From Azolla caroliniana (lineage: Eukaryota; Plantae; Polypodiophyta): a DNA stretch of 64,000 bases. Below, piece by piece: positions 1-10,176 of the stretch; positions within the stretch are counted from its first letter, which is position 1; each line of letters starts with the position of its first letter. The stretch spans positions 10,912,001-10,976,000 of the forward strand of contig JBHGNT010000012.1 in the NCBI GenBank assembly GCA_043228905.1. The letters run 5' to 3'. The position numbers and the translations under genes are program-made. The notes beneath the pieces were generated by a model that made no database searches, was not told where the DNA came from, and saw only the letters and a program-made list of their open reading frames with translations.

Positions 1-213
1 TCTGATCCATATGATCATGTGTGTGGCTAACCAAAAGAAAATTGACTTTCACTTTTCTAAACAATCCTTGGTTGACCAACATACTTAGATAGCCAAACAC
101 AGTTGAATTTTTGTTCTCTCTAGCAGTATTGTCCAATTGAATGTATAGAACAAGGGGGAACGGTTGAAGCATTGAGAATCATTGCGGGGTGGGGGGTGGT
201 GCCTAGAAGGGCT

Positions 214-527
214 CCACCCCCCTCCCAAGGGGGTTCAATGTTAGGGAGAGGAAAGAGACAGAGAAATGATAAGAGAGAAAATGAGAGAGAAAATGATTAT
301 TGTCTTCATTCATTCCCCATAAGGGGTTAAATAAGTACAAAGGGGTAGATCCACAAGGGTGCAAGTTTCTAGGCACCACCCCCCTCCCAAGGGGGTTCAA
401 TGTTAGGGAGAGGAAAGAGACAGAGAAATGATAAGAGAGAAATTGAGAGAGAAAATGATTATTGTCTTCATTCATTCCCCATAAGGGGTTAAATAAGTAC
501 AAAGGGGTAGATCCACAAGGGTGCAAG
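214..527. repeat. 152-bp direct duplication inside the D 5' LTR (214-365 and 376-527)
   Basis: Two near-identical units; the segment is single-copy in the 3' LTR at ~16543-16695. Confidence 0.9.
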
Positions 528-620
528 CCCCTTGGGCATTCACACCTAGTCACTCACTCACACCTCTTTGTATCCACCACACTCACACTTACATTCACAC
601 TCATAATTGTATAAGATTAC

Positions 621-1069
621 TGTTGTCCACCTGAATAGTAACCGACGGACAAGAGCGCAGGAATACGGAATAGTATAATATTGTAACGCATGTAACGGTT
701 CACGCGGGAAGCGTGAACGGCTAAAAGACCCTGCGTATATGAAGGGTAGAAAACCTCTGATAGAGGTAGTGTGTAATTTTGAATGTAAGAGGCGTATCGT
801 AATAGAATTCTATCTTCTCTGATATCTGTGTGTAGCTACGGCTAATCTACTGTGTGTCTATAACACATGAGAGTGTAGGAGTAAGTAACAGTGTGTGTTT
901 TAGCCCACTGTCAAAGGAGCTCGGTTGTAGCCGTCCCCCCTATATGTTGCTAGGTTACGGGGAATATCCCACTAAGTATTATGCACAGACACTACCATTC
1001 GTTGTCACACAGTCACTTGGAGGTCTAGGTCGAAGGACTGACCGTAGACCATGTTCCTAGTCGGTAACA
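621..1069 (+). repeat. 5' LTR of element A
   Basis: Direct repeat of 14136-14584 with TG...CA ends. Confidence 0.95.
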
Positions 1070-1339
1070 CCTTTGGCACACTTGGTGATCTGTGTCTTCT
1101 CACAGACAAACAACGACGAATGAATGTTTAGCCACAGACTCCCCAAATAACCAACATGACCAGACCGGCCAATCACAAGGTCCATCACACGCCAAGAAGA
1201 GGAACGCGCACGGCAGAAGCCTCGCCTCAACGTCCTCAACACTACCTGTCATGATCAAAAAGGTGATTTCCCGCTCTCCAAATACCTCGACGATATGTGG
1301 GGAGCACGCTCACCACAACAGCATTGTGGTCTTCCCTGG

Positions 1340-4300
1340 CCCGCCGTAGCCCCTAGCATGGCCTTTGCCTAACCCCGCTTTAACGGCGAAACCGACGCCG
1401 CAACTGACATTCGTCTGTTTCTCAATGTTTGGAATGCAAACCATATGGCGCAGAGCCTTTCTAAGACACTAGTGCACCAGTCCAAAATGACGGAGTTCGG
1501 GTTAACATTGGATGGGCGAGCGGCGTTTTGGCATTCACAGATGGATTTGCAAGCAATCACGACCTTTGACCAGTTGCAGTCCGCCTTTTTGCGATTCTTC
1601 CATCGGAGGGTTCCACAACGCGAACTCCTCGGACAGTTCTACACAATTATGCAGCTGTCGACCGAGACGATCGCAGACTTCAGCTTACGTTTCCAAAATT
1701 TATGGCGGAGACTAGAACGGAGCCCCGCAGAGCACGAGGCTCGGGAGACATTTCTGGCGGCATTACACCAACCCATACAGACAACGCTCAACAACAATAG
1801 CGTGAAAGGGGAGATGGCGGATATGGTCATCGAACGAGTGTTACAGCTCGAGCTGGACAACGAAGAGGAAAGGTTTTCTATGTCCTCGTTACGACAAGCG
1901 TTACCTCAGGACGAGGAACGATAGTTTCATCAAGCAATCCAGTGCACGATTTGCTTGAACTTGGGGCATTCCGCAATGGAGTGCAACATGCGAATCCACT
2001 ACCCAATTTGTCACACGAAGGCTCACACAGTCGAATAGTGCGAATACAATATGTTGAACAGAGTCGCTCCCACAGTACGCAGCATGGACACATAACGTCC
2101 CCCACGCCGTCCTGAACAAAGGAGGCAAGAAGACTGACCATGGTATATGCATCGCAACCCACGTGACGACCGGCACTATCGGAATCACTGGAATCACAAT
2201 GATTCTAAGGAAGACGAACCAAGAGGATGAGGACTACCGTGGTCCCCTTCAATATGCTAAAGGGGGCCGGCGCTATGAGAATCACCGGTCGACAAACAAA
2301 TGTGGTGGCTTCAATGTCTCGTGGAAAGCAGCGACAATATCGGGACCACCGGCGATATGATGAAAGCACAGACGAAGAGCGGCACCAAGAACCACGCCGA
2401 GGCCAACAGCAACCACCACGTATGCTCCGACAAACGAGGCCGGACCGTGAGGAGCAAGTCGCACCGGGGGATCGGCACGCACCACCAGGCACCGAGAAGG
2501 GCGAATCAAGCATCCATTGTTTTGTTTGTCAACAGCCCGGACATTATGCCACGCAATGCCCAGTACGAAGGGAAAGGGGCCCGCCGTCAATACGTTTACG
2601 ACAGAAGTGCAGCAAGTCATGACACACCACAAACGAAAATGGCTGATGGGCCGTAGAAGATGAGATACGACGACAAGCCCAGGCATGGGTTGAAAAAGCA
2701 AACGCGACAATTATGGAACACATGCGGAAGGAGTCCGCGAAAACAATGGGACTAGGGGAGGACGAAGGACCGGCCCCTGACCCCATTTGGCAAGCACTAG
2801 CGGGTTGCGAGATAATGTTAACCATGGAGAAGGAGAAGCTGTTGCAACTAGTCCCACGCTTTCGCAAGACCATGGAAGAACGGGTGACGGGCATACCCGG
2901 GGTGAGCGTTGCTACGAATCTCACGGACATTAACGACGGACTGTCCGTAGTGGATCACCACAACCCGGCTATTACATTGATATTACATGGTCAGGAAATC
3001 CCAGGATGCATAATCGATGGCGGCTCGGGCGTTAATTTAATTAGCGCGAAAACATGCGAGCAATTAGGTATTTCAGAATGGGAGGCTTGCCCGTTCTGGC
3101 TCCATATGGCAGATACCCGCTCACTACGACTATTGGGGTTGATACGCAAGGTCGGCATTATCGTGGGAGGACATTGCTTCGACATCTCGGCGGTAGTCCT
3201 CGCCCTAGACACCCCAAGGGCATACCCTATGCTGCTGGGCAGACCGTGGCTTCATGCAGCGAATATCAAGCAGAGCTGGCAACAAAAGTGTATCAGTTTC
3301 CGACACGGACGCACCAAGGTTTGCGTACCTACGGAGGAAAGGGTATAACACCATTATACGCGGAAGATATAAATATGGTGGCTGGGGTGGATGATGCAGA
3401 ATTAGAGGCATACCTAGACGAGCACCCTCGGATTATTCTGTTGTTCGAAATTGATGTCATCGCAACCGCAACAAAATATGCCACGGCCACTACTCTCCAC
3501 GACGAGACTTACGAACCAAATCTTGGAACTAAACAGAGCACGCGCAACATTCGAAAGGGAAATGGAAATTTCACGACGAGTAACCGCCTCCGCCCTGGAA
3601 GAAGTAAACGTGGGTACGGCGTTAGAACCCCATTTTCTCTCCATCGCAAAAGAATTAAGGCCGTACCAAAGAGACGCGATGATCGAACTACTCAAGAAAT
3701 ATAAAGACGTGTTCGCCTGGGCTCATGAGGACATGAAGGGGTTAGATCCAAAGTTCTATCAACATAAGATCAATTTAGCGATCGACGCAAAACCGGTACA
3801 GCAGCGCCGCTACCACATGAACCCGAACTACTTGACCCGCATAAAAGAAGAAATTGACAAACTCCTAAAGGCGGGATTTATACGGCCAGTTAAACAAGCC
3901 ACATGGTTAAAGAATTCAATGGATGTTGTTGCTTCAAGAATTCGATTTTGTAATTCAGCATTAGCCGGGTACGCAACACGCATTGACAGATTTTTTGAGC
4001 AGACTCGATAATGGAGAAACAGTACAGAAGGACGACGACAACTTTCCGGACGCAGACATTCTGCGGGTAGTAGCATTAGTAGAAAGAATGGAAACGACCT
4101 TTCCGGACCGGTGGCTTATGGAAATGACATACTTTTTGACTATGGGATTGCCTCCACCACAATTACGCACAGACGAGAAGAAATGATTAGCCGTCCGGAG
4201 CCGTAACTTCTGCGTGGTAGAAGGAATTTTATATCACAAAGGTAGTGATGGCATTTGGCGACGCGGTGTACGTCAGGATGAAAAAGAAATAGTCTTACGG

Positions 4301-5375
4301 GAAGCTCACTGTAGCACGGCAGGCAGCCATTATGCGGGCGATGTTACGGCCCGGGAAATATGGCAAGCAGGCCTATGGTGGCCGATTACACAGAAGGATG
4401 CATACGAGTATTGCAGGAAGTGTGATTTGTGTCAACGGATGGGCCAGCCCACGGAGGTTGCGCGGATGCCTCACCAACCCATATTACCGTTAGATCCCTT
4501 GCAAAAGTGGGGATTGGATTTTGTGGGCCCCTTCACACCGGCGGCAGCCCGTACGGGCAATAAATACATATTGGTAGCCACAGAGTATTGCACCAAGTGG
4601 GTAGAAGCAAAGGCACTATGAGAGAATACGGTGGCCATCACACCGAGATTCCTTTACGAACATATTTGGTGTCGGTTCGACTGTCCGATTGAGCTTATCA
4701 GTGACCAGGGGAGCCACTTTCTCAATACAGTCATTCAAGAACTAATGCATCATTACACCATAGTCCACAAGACAAGTACGCCATATTATCCGCAGGCGAA
4801 TGGGTTAGCGGAATCGACCAACAAGACGTTGCAGACCATCTTAAAGAAAATCGTCAATGAAAATAGAACAGACTGGGATACCAAATTACAGAGAACCAGC
4901 TACAAAACAAGCATATAGTCAACACCGTTTCGACTAGCGTTTGGGCTAGAGGCCGTGATGCCGGTAGAGTTTCAGATACCCAGTTTACGGATTCAGGTAC
5001 GGGACGGACTATCGGAAGCCAAGTCGGAGGAGGTACGGCTCCACTAGCTACTCGAACTCGGCGAAAAACGCGTACACAGCATGGCGGTGTTGGAGCAGGA
5101 ACAACGACAGCGTAAAGTGTTTGTGGATCAACATCGGAACGCACGGGAAAAGGATTTTGCGGTCGGTCGACCGGTACTGGTTTTCCAAACCCGCATGGGC
5201 CATATGCCAAGGAAGTTACAATTCCACTAGACAGGCCCGTACTGGATAATAGAAGCGGAACAAGGCACGTTCCAACTAGGCATGCTGGTCGGGGAAGTCT
5301 TATGACAAAAGGTGAATGGGTTCCGCCTTAAACCTTACCTGGGCCCTACGCCACCTAACCCATTCACCACCGGAT
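1340..5375 (+). pseudogene. gag-pol of element A: gag with CCHC knuckle, protease and integrase; RT and most of RNase H missing
   Basis: CFVCQQPGHYATQC knuckle; IIDGGSGVN protease; RT starts at RPVKQATWL and jumps at ~3910 to the RNase H tail WMLLLQEFDF; integrase HHCC, GLDFVGP, SDQGSHF and PQANGLAE; many stops and frameshifts. Confidence 0.9.
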
Positions 5376-5729
5376 AGGACAAAGCCGGAGAACTGGACCG
5401 CCCCACTTGTATCATAATGTAAAAATAGGCTGTATGTAACCGTTACGAAAAGAAAAAAAAAAAGAGAGAAGATAGCGACGCTATTAAAAAAGGACTGAAT
5501 GCATGCACAAACTTCTAGACCAAGAACATGCGGCACCACGATGGCTCACCGCCCAATGAACCCTAGGCCACAAAAAGAAGGAAATAGAAGGTCTTTTGCA
5601 CAAAACAAAAATCCACCTCCTAACCCTCAGTGCTCTCATCGCTCCCCTCCCTCACCTTCTCCTCCATCCTATCACAGAGCTCAAGCCTACCGCCACCACC
5701 AATCTCCTCCCCACAAGCCTACTCTGACT

Positions 5730-8466
5730 ATGCCGATATTTATCTCTACCGCCTTACGTCGATGGCTCGTGGAGAAACGCCTGGATGGGTACATCAGGGT
5801 CGCAGAGGCACCTCCACACCTAGATGCATTGGATATCGCCAAAAAGATCAACATCGACACAGTCACCAACTCCTCCATCCAGAAAAAGTTGGACCTGTCA
5901 TCACTAGGTGAGAGGCATTTCGGAATCCCCCCCACGGAGTCGCTACAGAGGTATTTCGGCCCGTATTCCTCTTCCGCCAAGGCCTATAGAACGAAGGAGA
6001 TCCCGGATCCCTTTTTCAGTGAAGTCTCCAAGTTCCTATTAGAGGTCGGATGTGTACACGTAAACGCATATGGGATGCCCAAGCAGAAGGCAGGTATCGT
6101 TATTGATACCTTTGAAGGGCGTGTGGTCAACTAGGGAGTCATCACGGGGCCAGCGTTAAGGGAAGGCTTGCACACGTATCAAGGATGCAAGAAGCTCATG
6201 CCTATCACACAACAATACCTGATGATACTATTCCCACCCCGAGGCCTGCCGACACCGCAGCCCAACAGACCCACGCCGCCGCCCTGATCCGCGAAGCGCA
6301 AGTTAGTGGAGTTAGCCGCCATAGAGTGGGAGGATGAACCCCAACCTGCCCAGCCGGACACACGGACAACGCTAGAAGAGCAAGCAACGTGCTCCACGAA
6401 AGCGGCACAAGAACCAAACACCGAACCACGACAGGATAGCCCCAAGCCAAAACGGCGAAGATTGGACAGGAAAGATAGGCGGGGATTAGTTAAAGACGTA
6501 CCCACGGCGGTGGAGACAACGACCAAAGGCAACGGCTCCGTAGCCACGGAGCCCAACACCACCTTCGAAATAATCCGGGAGCCACGACCGATCATTACAA
6601 CCCAGTCACAACGAGGGAAAGCCGTATTGACGGCGGAAAGCAAGGTTTTGGCATATCCGGATATCCCGGACACGACCCATGAGTTCAGCGCACTCTTGCA
6701 GTACGGAACCTCCTTTGAGTTCATGGAATTTTTGGCAACGCAACAGATAAAGGCCTCACACTGAATGGCCGAGGAGCACGCGGAGCGCCAGATGATCGAG
6801 TGCGCCTTAACACAAACAATGGAGAGCGACGATGAGGACCAGTTAGCAAGAGTCGGCAGACGGAGGAGCACCGGGATACGCCGAATGGGGGTTGAACTAC
6901 GCCCATTAAACACGTCCCTAGTCGAAGTCCACAGGGAACTGGCAAAGTTCAGCACGGGCGCGAAGGAGATGGCCATTAAAAATAAGAATGTCTGGAAGAA
7001 GGTGAAACTGACCCAAGCCAAGTTGCAAAAAGCCAACGAACGCATCGCGGAGTTGGAAACTAACGGGACTACGGCACAACAAGCAACTCCACCACCAAAC
7101 CATGCCATCGAAGCCTTGAAGGAAGAGATTGAGGCTCAGACCGCCATTGCCTCGAAAGCAAAAAGCGCCGTACAACTAGCGGAATCAGAAATTGACCGCC
7201 TCTACGCTGAACTTCGCCAGCCCTCAGACAGGGAAAAGGACATCCGGGCCAACGGCCGAAAGGCAGTAAAAACCCTTGAAGAGAAACTCGCTACGGAGAC
7301 AGCACAGCACACCCAGACAAAAGAAGAAAACACCCATTTACGGGAGGAAGCGAAGAAATCGGAAGCGGCAATCGCGGGACTCCGGGCCTTATTGGAGAAA
7401 AAGAAGGCATGGTTAGACGAGCAACTGGTGGGTGAACAAGAAAGAAGGCATCAACTCAAAATCCGCCTAAACAAGGAAATGGGGAAATTAGAAGAACTAC
7501 ATGCGAAGGAATCCCAGCTATGGGCGGGTATGAAGAGCACGTATGAAGCAGCGGCAGCAGTTAGTCAGCAAGAAATCACAAACCTCAAGAAGTCGGTGGA
7601 AGAAGCACGCAACTGTTGCAAGGTCATCACAAACAACGTGTGTATCCTTCTACAAACCAATCGGGAGAGGTTTACAGCACAATTGAAAACGACGTTGGAC
7701 AAAGGATGGATGGCATGGGCAGCCCAAGCGGCATAATTGCATGCGGATCGTGCATGCTGGGAGAACCGGAGAAAAGACAACGGAGGCTTCTATAAACTCA
7801 ATGAGGAGAGCATTGCGGCAGTACGGGAGGACCTAGCGCAAGACTATCGTGCGCTAGCAGACCAACATTCCGAAGAACTCTCACAGCTATTAGATGATTT
7901 TGGTGAAAGTCGAGAGGATCTGTTTCACCAGATCACGCAAGCCGGTAGCACACGAACAAATGAGGAACCCATCGCGACACCAATTCCGGATACTGCCAAA
8001 GAAGAGGAACCTCAGGCCAGGTCACCAGAAATCACAACTACGGTGAACAGCGCGGAACGGCGAGCGGAGTCCCCCACCATACCAGACAGCATAACCTCTG
8101 CCCAAGAGGAACCCCCATCTACCGGAGCATACGCTATCGGCCGACCACATGGAGAATGTTGCGGACCAAGAGGAACCGCAACCCCACTCCCCAGAGCGTA
8201 CAACGATGGACGACACCACGGAGGAAGTGACGGATGCGACGGAGCCGCGTCCAACCGCAAGTCTGCCGTCGGCTGAGCCCAACCCCCTAGCCCACGAAGA
8301 GCCCATACAACCTGGGCCGCCCACACAGGATGATCGTGACACCATGAGAAGCCCTCCTGACCAAACAGGGGAACCACACCACGATGCACATACGGGCCCT
8401 ACGTCGTCCCTTGATGCGGACACCGTAGCAGAGCCAAACATCATGGGCATTTTGGAAAAAGAGTAA
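5730..8466 (+). pseudogene. Additional sense ORF of element A (~900 codons with in-frame stops): globular N-terminus, long coiled coil and acidic tail
   Basis: ORF segments 5499-6134, 6306-6764, 6765-7736 and 7737-8276 share one frame and are broken by point stops; a frameshift leads into 8149-8466. It lies between the integrase and the 3' LTR. Confidence 0.75.
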
Positions 8467-8527
8467 AGGGATGGGTCCGACGTGCCATGACACTGTCCCA
8501 CAGGCTGTCATGAACACATGACCATTA

Positions 8528-8595
8528 TGGCGTCACCCGGACTTGAACCTCGAACCTTGTAATTCATACTTGAAAACCTCAACCATTAAGATAGC
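8528..8595 (-). promoter_or_regulatory. tRNA-like Pol III A-box/B-box cassette, antisense in U3 of element B (also in the 3' LTR at ~13736-13803)
   Basis: Minus strand reads TATCTTAATGG, 33 nt, GGTTCAAGTCC, then GGGTGACGCCA. Confidence 0.55.
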
Positions 8596-8663
8596 TTATT
8601 GTTATATGAAACAATAAAAGCTACTTCTTGTATTACATTGATTATTGTAAAAACTCTAGATTA

Positions 8664-8727
8664 TTCTAGAATGTTCTAGAATGTCCTAGAGCATTCTAGG
8701 TCTAGAACATTCTAGAACATTCTAGAA
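8664..8727. promoter_or_regulatory. Heat-shock-element array upstream of the B LTR TATA box (also 13872-13935)
   Basis: TTCtaGAAtgTTCtaGAA and GAAcaTTCtaGAAcaTTCtaGAA are perfect alternating nGAAn units, ending ~25 bp before TATAAATA. Confidence 0.75.
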
Positions 8728-8916
8728 ATCTCTAAGCTATTCTATAGGAACCTATAAATAAGCGCATACATGTATTCTCAAATCAATTCGAATCAACACC
8801 AGTCTTTAGCTCTCATTACATATCTTGTATCCATTCTCTTTCTTTCTCTATCTTATACATCCATTCTTCTCTATCCTTCTTCCATCACTCTATCTTTTAT
8901 CCTTGGTTCTGACAGT

Positions 8917-8923
8917 TTGATTC

Positions 8924-8928
<5 letters not shown>
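8917..8928 (+). other. Self-priming primer-binding site of element B
   Basis: TTGATTCGAATT is the exact reverse complement of 8785-8796, which starts 32 nt after the TATA box. No TGG tRNA-type PBS is present. Confidence 0.8.
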
Positions 8929-8961
<33 letters not shown>

Positions 8962-8986
8962 CCTCCTTTGTAACCGTCCTGAAACC

Positions 8987-10150
8987 ATGGCTGCCATTAA
9001 CTCAGAAGAATATCTCACCCTTGTTGCGGAAATGGAGAACCTTAAATCCAAGTTCGCATCTCTTGAAGTAGAGAATCAACGTCTACTTGGGGATCTACAA
9101 AAGGTTACTATAGAGAAGCAACAACAACAAGAGGAGTTCACGCGACGAGTGCAACAGTTAGAGTCGACAATCGTCGTGTTACAACAACAAAGGGTTGAAG
9201 GTCAGGGACTTATCAAGGAGCCCAAAATTAGCCTCCCAACTAAATTTGATGGGTCGAGGGCGTATTTCCGAGGTTTTTTGAATCAAGTACAGTTGGTGAT
9301 TCAAATGCATCCCGCACGTTATCCAACAAATGCATCACGAGTCGGGCTAGTGGGCACTTTATTGACTGGCATAGCATTGTCGTGGTTTGCTCCATTGCTA
9401 GAGACCAATTCTCCTCTACTGAATAATTTCGAGGAATTTATCAAGGAATTTAAGGCTTGTTTCGGAGATACTGATGGGGCGAGAACAACTATCAACAAGA
9501 TTCGTACACTTCGTCAAGGTGATCAACCAGCTTCAACATATGCTGCCAATTTCTGTCTCATCGCAAGCGATATTCCTTGGGATGAACAAGCCCTAATGGA
9601 GCAATTCCGTTCAGGCCTTCGTAGTGATGTCAAAGACTTACTTCTTACCTTCCCCGAGGATCCAAGGTCACTTAGAGAAGCTATTAGTCGAGCAATACGG
9701 TGTGATAATCGCCTTTTTGAGCGTCGATGTGAGCGACAACAACAAATAACAAGATCTAGATTCACACCAACTTATGCATCAGTAACGGCGCAATCATCCC
9801 CAAGGCAAATGTATAGCCCTGCTCCAACTCCAAGGCAAACACGTAGTCCAGTCCCAATGGATAGTCCTACACCCATGGAGATCGATATGACTCAACGACG
9901 AGGACCGTTGTCAGACGAAGAGAAGCAACGTCGTCGAGCAAACCATTTGTGCTTATATTGTGGAGGTCCAGGACATATAGCCATTCATTGCTCCCGTAGG
10001 CCGAGACGTCAAGTAAATCAAATTCACTATGACAATAAAAATGAGTCCAACATTTTAGAAGTAGTTAGTGAATCTAATATTATGAATAATCCACCCTTGT
10101 CCAATAAATTTGAAGTCCTAAGCCAATTAGAAGAGGAGTCAAACGAATAA
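8987..10150 (+). CDS. gag: Gag of element B (Ty3 capsid plus CCHC knuckle), 387 aa
   Basis: EPKISLPTKFDGSR..FRGFL, PTPMEID and CLYCGGPGHIAIHC motifs in an uninterrupted ORF. Confidence 0.92.
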   Translation: MAAINSEEYLTLVAEMENLKSKFASLEVENQRLLGDLQKVTIEKQQQQEEFTRRVQQLESTIVVLQQQRVEGQGLIKEPKISLPTKFDGSRAYFRGFLNQVQLVIQMHPARYPTNASRVGLVGTLLTGIALSWFAPLLETNSPLLNNFEEFIKEFKACFGDTDGARTTINKIRTLRQGDQPASTYAANFCLIASDIPWDEQALMEQFRSGLRSDVKDLLLTFPEDPRSLREAISRAIRCDNRLFERRCERQQQITRSRFTPTYASVTAQSSPRQMYSPAPTPRQTRSPVPMDSPTPMEIDMTQRRGPLSDEEKQRRRANHLCLYCGGPGHIAIHCSRRPRRQVNQIHYDNKNESNILEVVSESNIMNNPPLSNKFEVLSQLEEESNE

Positions 10151-10176
10151 GTCTGGCCAAAATAGGAGCCATTTGG

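Larger units (their letters stand above)
8506..8914 (+). repeat. 5' LTR of element B
   Basis: Direct repeat of 13714-14122; TATAAATA at 8753. Confidence 0.97.

Noticed and set aside
203-553. 116-aa ORF with an internal repeat
   Set aside because: By-product of the 152-bp LTR duplication.
698-718. Hairpin GTTCACGC-GGGAA-GCGTGAAC as a terminator or ncRNA
   Set aside because: An 8-bp stem inside the A LTR with no U-tract or other support; it may be an LTR cis element but cannot be assigned.
6179-7108. 309-aa minus-strand ORF
   Set aside because: Antisense shadow of the element A extra ORF.
8528-8595. Functional tRNA gene (likewise 20953-21012 and 44566-44622)
   Set aside because: There is no acceptor stem or proper 7-nt anticodon loop; these are kept only as tRNA-like promoter cassettes.
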